A DNA stretch of 63,977 nt, the filler included, from Octopus bimaculoides (taxonomy: Eukaryota): the NCBI RefSeq assembly GCF_001194135.2. It is 7 parts of 7 records of this genome, joined end to end, with 100 filler letters (N's around TTAATTAATTAA, not from the genome) between each part and the next. Parts side by side here need not be neighbours in the genome. Positions count along the whole stretch, not along the records: positions 1 to 18,408 come from NC_068987.1; 6 more parts are not named here. One strand, given 5' to 3'. Position 1 is the first letter of the stretch; each line of letters opens with the position of its first letter. The translations under genes were made by a program, and so were the position numbers. Below are positions 1 through 12,022 of the stretch, one piece after another. The notes beneath the pieces are model-generated. The model did not search any database and was not told the origin of the DNA. It was given only the letters and a program-made list of their open reading frames with translations.

Positions 1-53
1 GAGGAGGAGGAGGAGGAGGAGGAGGAGGATGGGGAGTAGGAGGAGGAGGAGTG
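1..53. repeat. (GAG)n microsatellite
   Basis: Directly visible. Confidence 0.95.
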
Positions 54-61
54 AGGCAGAA

Positions 62-500
62 TTTATGACCATTTTCTCAGGATGTTTGTGGTGGGAGGAA
101 CCCCAAAAGGCCCAGTCCAAGTTGCGATATGCCTCAATGATTCTGAGAGCTATGCCAGCGGAGTGTAAGTTCCTGATAGAGCCTCCTATGCTGGACTGGT
201 CAACGGATGAAGGCCAGACTAAACATGGATCACTTCATCTCAGAGATAAAAATGGGTACTGCGTAGCATCACCACACCCTATCTAGAAGAAGAAAAAATA
301 AACACAAGTTACAGAAACATCGATGACAATTCAAAAGCAACATAACCAGGAAGAGGAAGGCCTTTCCTCATTGAAACAAAGGACGCTGCAAGAAAGCAAG
401 GATCCAACTGGAAAGAAGCAGAAAAAAAACACGAGTTAAGAACAGAGGAGATAAGTCGTCGATGGTTGATGCTCCACAGTGAGCGAAGGTCTCAAGTAAT
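62..500 (+). mobile_element. Short RTE-clade LINE relic: 5'UTR motif apparently joined to a 3'-end-like segment
   Basis: gtggtggg...gcctcaatga..gagctatgcc..ggagtgtaag..ctggtcaa..ggccagactaa resembles RTE/Expander 5'UTRs; a second copy lies at 16563. 340-500 reads like an RTE C-terminus (GRGRP...WKEAEK...MVDA). Confidence 0.5.
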
Positions 501-686
501 CGGTGAGAGCAAGTGAGGAAATTAACTCTAGACTGGAACCCTTGTTGCAGCTTCCAAAGGGACCGAGTTTCCAGGGCTTTTAGGAAGGGTCACCGTGTTT
601 ACAACAGAGTAAACTCCACTAAAACCATCCAAGATGATGGTTTTAAAAAGGGCAATTTATTAAACCTTCCACCTAAATTAAATATT

Positions 687-1257
687 AGTTTCAAGTTTTG
701 GCACAAGGACAGCAATTTTGGTAGAGTGGGTAAGTTGATTACGTTGACCCCGATGTTCAACTGGTCCTTAATTTATCGATCTCAAAAGGATTGAGGGTAA
801 AGTCGACCTCGGCGGAATTTGAACTCAGAACCCAAAGACAGAAGAAATGCCGCTAAACTTTTTGCCCGGCGTGCTAACGATTCTGCCAGCTCACTGCTTA
901 AACACCCAAAACAAATATTAGTTTCCGACCTCGGCGGAATTTAAACTCAGAACACAAAGACAGAAGAAATGCCACTAAACTTTTTGCCTGGCGTGCTAAC
1001 GATTCTGCCAGCTCACTGGTTAAACGTCCAAAACAAATATTAGTTTCAAATTTGGCACAAGGCCGGTAATTTTGGGGGAATGAGGTATTCTGATTACATC
1101 AATCCCAGTCATAAACAGGCAATTATTTTATCGACTTACGAATGGATGAAAGGCAAAGTCGACCTCGACGGAATTTGAACTCGGAAAGTAAAGACGGACG
1201 AAATGCCGCTAAGTATTTTGCCCGGCGTGCTAACGATTCTACCAGCTCGCCGCCTTA
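687..1257 (-). mobile_element. Tandem array of tRNA-derived SINE family A (two near-full copies and one partial)
   Basis: Minus strand reads aaggcggcgagctggcagaatcgttagcacgccgggc...gttctgagttcaaattccgccgaggtcgactttgcctttcatcc...ccttgtgccaaa, with B-box-like GAGTTCAAATTCC. Confidence 0.9.
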
Positions 1258-2355
1258 ACACCCAAATTAAATATTGCCAGGCGTTTAAGTTCAACTAGCT
1301 ATAATTTCGTGTCTGCCATAACAACCACTACCACCAACACCACTGTTAATACTACCATAACCACCACCACCGCCATCGGCCTACATCTTATGTACATTTA
1401 CAGATGTTAAAACACTAGACACTGCAACGTACAGCTCTGAGAAAGTATTATTATTTGGCATTTGGAAAATGAGAAGAAAAAAAAAGACCTTCCAAACTTT
1501 ATTTTATGTGTGCCTACGTGCATATTCCAACACATACACACACACACACACACGCACACGCGCGCGCGCGCATTCACACACAGAGTTACACACATACAAA
1601 TGCAAGCTCAAACACATACACTGAATGCGTAGGTATTACGTAATTAACAGTTGAGTGCTTCTATCAAAATTATTACTCGTTAAACTTCATACTTGCCACA
1701 GATGGTTGTTCAACAGCTGCTGTCAAATGTCACATTATCTCGCCGTTAATTCATTAAACTTTAGTCACACCCAATAAAAATTCCTGTTTATATATCTTTT
1801 ATTTGATTTCTTACAAACTTTTAAAACTACTTTTATTGCATTCCTTTCACAGATGTTTTTAGATCTCGCCAAAACTCAATTACCATATTGCATATATANN
1901 NNNNNNNNNNNNNNNNNNNNNNNNNNNNNNNNNNNNNNNNNNNNNNNNNNNNNNNNNNNNNNNNNNNNNNNNNNNNNNNNNNNNNNNNNNNNNNNNNNNN
2001 NNNNNNNNNNNNNNNNNNNNNNNNNNNNNNNNNNNNNNNNNNNNNNNNNNNNNNNNNNNNNNNNNNNNNNNNNNNNNNNNNNNNNNNNNNNNNNNNNNNN
2101 NNNNNNNNNNNNNNNNNNNNNNNNNNNNNNNNNNNNNNNNNNNNNNNNNNNNNNNNNNNNNNNNNNNNNNNNNNNNNNNNNNNNNNNNNNNNNNNNNNNN
2201 NNNNNNNNNNNNNNNNNNNNNNNNNNNNNNNNNNNNNNNNNNNNNNNNNNNNNNNNNNNNNNNNNNNNNNNNNNNNNNNNNNNNNNNNNNNNNNNNNNNN
2301 NNNNNNNNNNNNNNNNNNNNNNNNNNNNNNNNNNNNNNNNNNNNNNNNNNNNNNN

Positions 2356-2402
<47 letters not shown>

Positions 2403-2869
2403 CACATGTATATATTATCGTATGTGTGTTATACATAGAATGTGTATGATGTATACGTTCACATAGATGGATATATGATATATATACACTTTACGTACAC
2501 TTATATTATATACTCACACAAATACAGACACACAGACTGAAAAACTGACGGACCCACGCATTTTATTTTTCTAATTATAATATGAAATGTAAATTCTGCG
2601 CTACGCATGGCGTGCTTTATATCTGTGCGTATATGCACGATGTATATATATGTGTGTGTGTGTATGTGTGTGTGTGTGTGTGTAATTTATACACACTCGT
2701 TCGCATATATTAAGCACATCACATTAATTTACCAAATTGGATTTCAACTTAATCATTAACCATTTAGCAGAGCGCAAGTTTGTTTTCCATTAATGTTCCA
2801 TTTATCCTAAATGGACAAATTCTTGGAATTATCGACTCCATCATTGTAAGTCATCGTGTAAATAATAAT

Positions 2870-3962
2870 GGTTTCAAATTTTGGTGCAAGGCTACTAATT
2901 TCAGAGTGAGAGTTAGTTGATTATAACGACTCCGGTGCTCGATTGGTACTTATTTTATCGAACCCGGGAGGATAAAGGGCAAAGAACACCTCGGTGGAAT
3001 TTGAACTCAGAATGTAAAGACGGACGAAGTGTCGCTAAGCATTTCGCCCGGCGTGCTAACGCTTCTTATTTCTTTACTACCCACAAGGGGCTACACACAG
3101 AGGAGACAAACAAGGACAGACAAACGGATTAAGTCGATTATATCGACCCCAGTGCGTAACTGGTACTTAATTTATCGACCCCGAAAGGATGAAAGGCAAA
3201 GTCGACCTCGGCGGAATTTGAACTCAGAACGCAGTGGCAGACGAAATACCGCTAAGCAGTTCGCTCGGCGTGCTAACGTTTCTGCCAGCTCGCCGCTTTC
3301 GTATGATAATAATAATTCCTTCTACTAATGACACAAGGCCTGAAATTTCAGGAGAGAAAGTTAGTCAATCACATCGACCCTAATACGTAACTGGCGCTAA
3401 TTTCATCGACCCCCGAAAGAATGAAAGGTAAATCGATCCCAGCAGAATTTGAACTCAGAACATAAAAATGGACGAAATGCCGCTAAGCATTTTGCCCTCA
3501 GTGCTAACGATTCTGCCAGCTCACCGCCTTCGTAATGATGACAATATTCCTTTCTATTAAAATCACAAGGCCTGGAATTTGGTGGGAGGGGACTAGTCGA
3601 TTACATTGACCCCAGTGTTTTACTGGTATTTAATTTATCGATACCGAAAGGATGAAAGGCAAAGTCGACCTCAGCGGAATTGAACTCAGGACGTAGCAGC
3701 AGGTGAAATACTGCTAAGCATTTCGTCCAGTGTGCAAACGGTTCTGCCAGCTCACCGCCTTCGTAGTAATAATAATAATCTCTTTCTATTATAGCCTTAA
3801 GGCCTGAAATTTCGGGGGGAGTCAGTTAATCGAGTACATCGATCTAAGTGCTCAACTGGTACTTATTTATTTCATCTGCCCTGAAAGTATGAAAACAAAG
3901 CCAATCTCGGCGGAATTTGAACACAGAATGGTAAAACCAGAAGAAATGCCGCTAAACGTTTT
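2870..3962 (-). mobile_element. Head-to-tail array of five family A SINE units
   Basis: Units at about 2870-3066, 3067-3298, 3315-3530, 3548-3760 and 3778-3962, mostly separated by short (TAA)-rich tails. Confidence 0.9.
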
Positions 3963-3981
3963 ACTATCAGATTGCATTAGT

Positions 3982-4215
3982 ACGACGACGACGATGATGA
4001 TGATGGCGACGACGACTACGATAATGACAATGATGATGATGATGATAAGGATGAGGATTATGGCGATGATGATGACGATGACGACGACGTCGTCGGCCGC
4101 GCCAAGGATGATGATAATGATGGCGATCATGAGGACAATGATGGTGATGACGACTACGACGCTGATGACGATGACGATGATTATGATGATGATGATGATG
4201 ATGATGACGATGATT
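3982..4215. repeat. Mixed (GAC)/(GAT)n triplet microsatellite
   Basis: Directly visible; produces the spurious poly-M/T/I ORFs. Confidence 0.95.
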
Positions 4216-7200
4216 TCGTTGTGGACCACAAGGGCTGTAAAAAAAGGATCGAGCACGGCACAGGATAATGCCAGTAGAGATTATGTGGAAAAAAAAGTGC
4301 TAACAGGATAACCGAAACAAAAATGGAAAAAAGTATTCAAAGAAAAGTTACTCATAAGGAAGATGGCCTCGAAATGGTAATTATGAAAAAGCCCTCAACA
4401 CTCCATAGTCACCCCGATCACCAAGGTAAGTGCCCTCTCCAAGCTGTCCTCCTCCTAGCTGTTCGGTCGGATCGGGTTCGCCACTCTTATTCACTTGCCT
4501 AAAAATTTGCTGAAAGACAGCACTTGCTGCTCTACCCTCATTTTCTTTTTCAAGTGAAACTTGAGAAAATTGGTGACGGCTTGGCTAAAGAGGCAAGTGT
4601 CTACCCTTAGCCCTTTCGTTTATTACACAACCTCTTTCGTTAGGGCCACCGGATAGATAAAAACTGTTTGTCCTTCCCTGCCAAAGGAAGAAGGCGGGAT
4701 GATATTTACAATAGCCTCAGATGATAGCAGGATCCGTCCTATACGTGATAGCAGTTGTTCGACATAAATCCACCATTCAGCAAGGCTCATGTACTGAACG
4801 AATGCCCGCGGAACTGTTTCGTTGCACTACTAGCATTCCATAAAGGTGATAATAGTGGTGGTAATGATGGTGATGGTTGTGGTACAAATGGTGTTGGTAT
4901 TGTACTGCGGAGTTTTCACCTTCTCTTCAAATCTCCAGCGACAGATTTGTCTTACCCCCCTTTTCTTTTTCTCTACCTTGTTACGTTGACAGCTTCCCCA
5001 TTGTTCCTCTCGTTTTGTTTGAGTTGGGGGATCCTGTCGTTTATATAGGTGATCTTATCCTTGCTGCTGCTGTTGCTATTGTAACTAGTCTCTGTATCCT
5101 CTGTTTGTCTTACTGGTGCACGTATCTCTGTCTCCTTAGCTGTTGGTGCACTCACGGCTGTGGAGGATGCCCGCTATTGTTGTCGCCGTAACACCAACAA
5201 TAGCGAGTCGGCAAAAGTGGGGTATAATCCCGCTTTTGGGCCCCAAATATGTAGCATCCCGATTTTCTGCATTCGACAGATGGCAGGCTGCCGTCTCGTA
5301 AGTGAATTAAGTCGGAGAGAGCTTCGGTTTGCTTTTGATTAGTTTGAATTAGGTGCTCCATTTTTACCACTTTTTTCTACACATCCAGTACACCTCCAAA
5401 ATAATGACTTGCCCTTCCATCTCGGCTAAGACGGCCGCCACTACTCTAGGGAAGGTTATTTCAGGTGACATATCTATGACTCTCACCTTTATCCAACGTT
5501 GACTGAGGTAAGACGGAACAAGTAGTAGTTCCTCATTTCCTACCGGTACTGTGGAGTATTACCTTGCCTCATTTTGCCCCAGGTCCTCGATACCATAGTG
5601 TTATGTTCGGGAGATGTGAGTAATGTGACCCTACACAAGCCCTAACTTTTTTTTTTTATTATGAGCCTCACTTGCTCCCTCTATTTTCTTTGATTTTGCA
5701 CTAATGTAGCACTATGTAAGTAACTTTGCACTTTGTCGTTTAATCCAAGACTGTACGTTAGAATTTATTTTAAATGTTTTACATTTTATTGAATCTTCAG
5801 CACTGACAAAGGACTCGTCCCAGTTTTTGCAGCTGCTTGGCAGTACATCCTGTTGGGATTGTTGTTGTTGTTACTGCCTTTGGTTGCGATTGAACTGGAA
5901 ACGGTGTTGGTGGTGGCGTNNNNNNNNNNNNNNNNNNNNNNNNNNNNNNNNNNNNNNNNNNNNNNNNNNNNNNNNNNNNNNNNNNNNNNNNNNNNNNNNG
6001 TGGTGGTGGTGGTGGTGGTGGCGGTGCTGCTGCACTTTCATTTTGTGCTATTTGGTTTTTATTATCTTTTCTGTTACTATTTCTACATATTGCAGCGGCT
6101 TTGGCAGTGTTGATGGTGACCGTGCTTTGGTTAGCAGCTGTGCTATGCAGGAAGGAAGTACTGCAGTCGGCACTGGATATGACATCATTCTTACCGCATG
6201 ACGCACTCCCAGCAGCATTTCTTGATGTCATCTTTTTCGGCCTACGGAAAAGAAGCGTTTAAAATACAAATATTGCCCCGAAGGACGTTAGTCTTGACTA
6301 ATACACAGTGGTATTTACCTTTGGTTCGTTAACCAACACATCGAGGTTGTAGCCCATAATTGGTTGACCAGTGCACTCAGACATTTACTCTTAATTGCTT
6401 GACCAATATATTGATGCGTTGAGCTTTGGTTGGGTAACCAATACCTTCGTTAGGTCTCATTCTTAGTGTATTATGTTCAACATAGATCTAGTTCGAAATG
6501 AAGTCTTTACAAATATTGACATGTAACTTTAGGACATTTCACAGGTTTATAAAGGATGGATATAGCTGACTAAATCGAGCTCAGTCAAATACTTGCATTT
6601 ACTTACCGACAACTTGTTTATACATAACGTATTTTCCAGCATACCCGTCAAATTTTTCAGGCCGAAATTTACAACCAAGAAAGGTAAGTCACCTTATTCT
6701 CCAAGGCGACTTTGGAGGACTAAAAATTCCATGCGAAATGCAGCAGGTCTTAGCAAAACAGAGACGAATATTTTAATAGTTTTAATGTTTAATGTTTACT
6801 CAACATGTTTTCACTATAGACTGCATCGATTTGTATGCTGGAATACTCGGTAAGAATTAAACAGTAAAGTTAGTTCCAGTGGGATATGAGTTCAGAATAT
6901 TAATGTCTTTACTGACTACTGATAAAGTAGTTGATCCGACACCTTGAAGATTTCCTGGTTTAATCCAACAAGGAACGACATGCCTAAGATGCTCTTGCAA
7001 CCGCTGCAGGGAATGAAGGAACAAATTGAGACACAGGTATGACTACGGTTGAAAATCACATTACTGTCATCAAACTAGAGACATGATCTGAATGTTTTCA
7101 ACAGTGGAGAACTCCTCTAAAGATACCCAAGGATCAGGTGGTAGGGTTTCAAATCGAGCGGTAGATTAATTCTAAGACTCTAATTGATTTCCCTAGAAGC

Positions 7201-9025
7201 GCCTAAGGACCAGGGAACGGTGTTTAACCGTCGGCATACTAAGTATTCCAACACTGCCTCTAATGTTGTTTGTAATACTGAAACATAAACATGCAAATAA
7301 ATCTATTTTTTCTGTCATTCTTTTTTTTAATTTTCTTCCTCCCCCACCTCCGCTTTATGTTTATATTTCCAAAGTTATCTTGTTTCAAGCTGACAGTTAC
7401 AATACTGAAGTTTTCTTGTTCAGATAATAAATACTATAGGTATAAAGCAATTTTTAAAAAAATTCCAACCTTGACAAAAGGGTTGTATGCAAATTTGTTT
7501 TCCTGCACAATTTTCATAGAGATGAAATAACACGGAATGAATTGCAACAATAACATATTTCAAGGAAATAAGAAAAAAAATCAATTGAATTTTCGAAGAA
7601 ATGTTTATTGATATTGTTATTATTATTGTTGTTGTTGTTGTTACTGATATTTTTATTATTTGTTGATAACACAATTCAAACTGTATAGAATGAGATCTCA
7701 TTGAGAATTATCCAAATATCAGACAAAATTAAGTTAGAAGAGATGAAGGAGACATATATGGCATTGATTTCCAATATTTTCATAATTTGGTACGCTATAT
7801 TTCATCATCATCCCACACATTACAAACCATATTGTACGGAATATTCTTTTGATATTAGAAATATATTCGCTATTGTAGCTCAGCTGTAGAAATTATTATT
7901 TATCTATCGATATTTCAAGAGAAATGTGAGAAGTAATTTTTTTTTTTTTCTCATGAATTCTAGTTGAAACACTTCGAAAGAATCACATACAGTCTTACAA
8001 TAGATGTTATTTTTATTGCCATATTCTATATTCTACTCACGTATAAATTAAATAAATGACCTTCCCCGCCCTCCCCGATCACCGCCACTGCACTCTGTTT
8101 ATATGTATATTTCTTTCATTAAAAGAAACATCTGCTTTTGGTTGCAGGATAACCTTTTCTTCATTCATATCGAATTCTCTCATGGCTTAATGAGTATGGA
8201 GTTGGTTCAAATAGTGATGCAATAATCCCAGTTTTTTTTTTTAATCTTGACGGGAACTCCCAAAGTGTTTCTTGAAGAAGGGAAGAAGTTAATCCCAAAC
8301 CAGAGACCTCGTCTGAATGCTTACAACAGTTGAAGACAACAAAAAGCAGCCGAGGGCCGGAGGGTGGTGTTAAGAAGGTAGATGGGTCAGTTCTGAGACC
8401 CAAGAACAAATCATATCACGTCTTATTTAGTATTCCAGCAAATGCTTCTTATTTCTCAAACAACTAGAAGATTGAAACTTATTCACTTACTTCTTGTCTC
8501 CAATCTCAATTTGATAGTAATGGCGATGCTCCAGCATGGCCACAGAGGATGCCATAAAATAATTTTACATCTAATTTATAAGTATTTCTGAAGTTATTGG
8601 GTTTTCAGAATCTTTGAGCCATAACTTGAAACCAATCTCCACAGTCATCTTCTTGCTAAAATTCCTCCACCGTCTGAATTGATGTATTTAACCCTAGGCT
8701 AACCAGCTACAGATGACTCAACTGCCGTAGTAAAATATTTGGACTTTTATTTAGTCTGGTGTAGCTTTTTATTGAAGGATGATAGTGTTAGACATAACCA
8801 CGTCAACTTCAGCAACATTGAACGATCAGCGACGGCTCTAAGCACAACCATTCCACTCAGCTAAGCTGTATAAAATCAGAAAGTTGGAGAAATAGTGATA
8901 TTTCGGAATAGCGTCATCTCAGGTAGAATGAGCAGCAGATAAAAAATATTTTATATTACTATACGATGTTATCACTTAGAGATCATATGCCCTAATCCTA
9001 TTTCTCTATATTTAAGTATATTTTG

Positions 9026-9250
9026 TACTCTTTTACTTTTTTACTTGTTTCAGTCATTTGACTGTGGCCATGCTGGAAAATCGACCCCAGGACTTATTCT
9101 TTGTAAGCCTAGTACTTATTCTATCGGTCTCTTTAGCCGAACCGCTAAGTTACAGGGACTTAAACACACCAGCATCGGTTGTCAAGCGATGTTGGGGGGG
9201 ACAAACACAGACACGCAAACATATACACACACATACATATATATACATAT
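9026..9250 (-). mobile_element. SINE family B, 3' half
   Basis: Matches the 3' half of the full copy at 25898-26420 (ccagcatggccacagtcaaatgactgaaacaagtaaaa tail). Confidence 0.9.
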
Positions 9251-9927
9251 ATGCTAAAAATCAAAGTTTCATTAAAAAAATTCCAGTTAAATAGAATTAT
9301 GGGAGGTAATGGGTTAATGTGAGAGGGGTGGAAAAGCTCCACTTCTTGATGTCCCTGATTAACCACACCAGATAATATTTTTCGGGGTCATACAAGTCAG
9401 AAGAATGTCCACACTATCATAGGAGTTTAGCGAAAGTAAGAATTACTTTGCAGATTCGTAACAACTTCTATAGGTGAAAGAATACTGATTTATTTACTTT
9501 GCAGTTTTCTAGTAACTTAGAGTTTCTCATGAAAGAAAGGCTTTCCGTGAGAAAAAAAGGTTGTAAAGACTGAAAAAATGAGTAAACAGATTGTTACGTA
9601 TCACCCAGTTTAATACCACATTCCGATCTCTTGAAGCCTTCAACAGGCTTAGCATCTCACTCTGATGAAGATTACCACCTGGTATTTGAGGGCATTTTGT
9701 AGGTTTAACGAATCGTCCAGTTTAACACCATTTAGTATTCGAGTGCAATGAGTGGAGTTCCTTCTGTAACAAACATTAGAACCAGACATCTCTTACTGCA
9801 GCTATTGAGCTACAGACGTTACTCAGTTATGTCAATACTATCAGCTGGGGAGGTCGGAGTTGAGTCTAAGATTTTACCCTCCCCTGATAAATTCGTTAAA
9901 AATTATAGCAGTGAAAGTAATGATTTC

Positions 9928-10122
9928 ATCTTTTGTCTTTTGTTTGTTTCGCTCATTAGACTGCGGCCATGCTAGAGCACCACCTTGAAAGGATTTCAGG
10001 CGATTGAATCGACCCCAATACTTAATGCCTGGTACTTATTCTATCCGTCTCTTTTGCCGATTCCTTAAATTACAGGGACGTAAACACACCAATACCAGTG
10101 GTCAAGCCGTGGTGGGGGCCAA

Positions 10123-10155
<33 letters not shown>

Positions 10156-10320
10156 CGCGACGAGTTTCTTTCAGTTTCCATCTACCAAATCCACTCACAA
10201 GGCCTTAGTCAGCCCGTGGCTATAGTAGGAGACACTTACCCAAGGTACCACGCAGTGAAACTGAACCCGGAACTATGTGGCTGAGAAGCAAACTTCTTAA
10301 CACACAGCTACGCTGCGCCT
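9928..10320 (-). mobile_element. SINE family B, full copy (tRNA head, CORE-like domain, internal microsatellite, 3' half)
   Basis: Colinear with 25898-26420; CORE-like ccttgggtaagtgtctcctactatagcc segment. Confidence 0.88.
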
Positions 10321-10321
10321 G

Positions 10322-11204
10322 AGTTAGAAAGATGGAAGAAATGCCTCTAAGAATTTTGCCCAGCAAGCTAACAATTCTTTTCTACTCTAGGCACAAGGCC
10401 TGAAATTTAGGGGAAGGGACTAGTCGACTTCATCGACCCTAGTGTTTCACTGGTACTTAATTTATCGATCCTGAAAGGATGAAAGGCAAAGTCGACCTCG
10501 GCGGAATTTGAACTCAGAACGTAGCGATTGGCGAAATACCTCTAAGCATTTCGTCCAGCGCGCTAACGATTCTTATTTCTTTATTACCCACAAGGGGCTA
10601 AACATAGAGGGGACAAACAAGGACAGACAAAGGGAATAAGCNNNNNNNNNNNNNNNNNNNNNNNNNNNNNNNNNNNNNNNNNNNNNNNNNNNNNNNNNNN
10701 NNNNNNNNNNNNNNNNNNNNNNNNNNNNNNNNNNNNNNNNNNNNTAATAATAATAATAATAATAATAATAGCTCTTTTCTGCTATAGGCACAAGGCCTGA
10801 AATTTAGGGGAAGGGACTAGTCGACTTCATCGACCCTAGTGTTTCACTGGTACTTAATTTATCGATCCTGAAAGGATGAAAGGCAAAGTCGGCCTCGGTG
10901 GAATTTGAACTCAGAACGTAGCGATTGGCGAAATACCTCTAAGCATTTCGTCCAGCGCGCTAACGATTCTTATTTCTTTATTACCCACAAGGGGCTAAAC
11001 ATAGAGGGGACAAACAAGGACAGACAAAGGGAATAAGCCGATTACATCGACTCTAGTGCGTAACTGGTACTTAATTTATCGATCCTGAAAGGATGAAAGG
11101 CAAAGTCGACCTCGGCGGAATTTGAACTCAGAACGTAGCAACTGGCGAAATGCCTCTAAGCATTTCGTCCAGCACGCTAACGATTCTGCCAGCTCGCCGC
11201 CTTA
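10322..11204 (-). mobile_element. Family A SINE cluster with near-identical duplication across an N gap
   Basis: About 10376-10641 repeats at about 10776-11038 with 3-4 differences; gap 10642-10744. Confidence 0.88.
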
Positions 11205-11279
11205 ACCTGTTGCATTTATTATTCTCATACTTTTATTGAACTCGGCATTAATTTGATATTATTTACAACGTTTGTTGCC

Positions 11280-11462
11280 ATGGCAATTGAGCAGTTCTAC
11301 TTCTGTTATAACTGCCAGTGCTGTTGTTGGTGTTGTTGCCGTCGTTGTTGTCATAGCGACTGAACAGCTCCACTTTACATGTCATAGCTACTTCACGTTA
11401 CAGCAGAAACAGCAGTCACTACTCTTCCTGCTATTGGTGGCAGTGGCGGCGGCGGCGGCGGT

Positions 11463-11494
<32 letters not shown>

Positions 11495-11676
11495 TGGTGG
11501 TGGTGGTGGTGTGATTGCTATGGTAACTGAGCAGGTTTACTTTACATGTCACAGCTACTTGTGTCACTGATGTTGCTATCACTGTTATTGTTGTTACTGC
11601 CGCCGCTGTTGATGCTGTTGCAAACTATTGATACTGCTGTCTCTGCTGCTACTGATAATGATGATAATGATGATGA

Positions 11677-11710
<34 letters not shown>

Positions 11711-11817
11711 GGTGGTGGTGGTAGTGATGATGATGACGATGATGATCGTATGACAGATTAGTAACTCGGCATACGTCTCTCATAAAGTTCCTGATGTTAC
11801 TACAGTCACAACTGTCA

Positions 11818-11865
<48 letters not shown>

Positions 11866-11983
11866 ATGATAATGATAATGATGATGATGGTCAAGGTGAT
11901 GATGATGGTTCTGATGCTGTGAGAACTGAACAGCTCTACATCTATCGCAACTGACTGCTCGCATTGTTGCTACTGCTGCTACC

Positions 11984-12022
<39 letters not shown>

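Noticed and set aside
4700-4770. Possible degenerate Penelope end or hammerhead
   Set aside because: Only a 4-bp hairpin and GATGA; both core motifs are broken.
8640-8800. RTE-like words (KVQIF..AVES) on the minus strand
   Set aside because: Require frameshifts and are too short to distinguish from chance.
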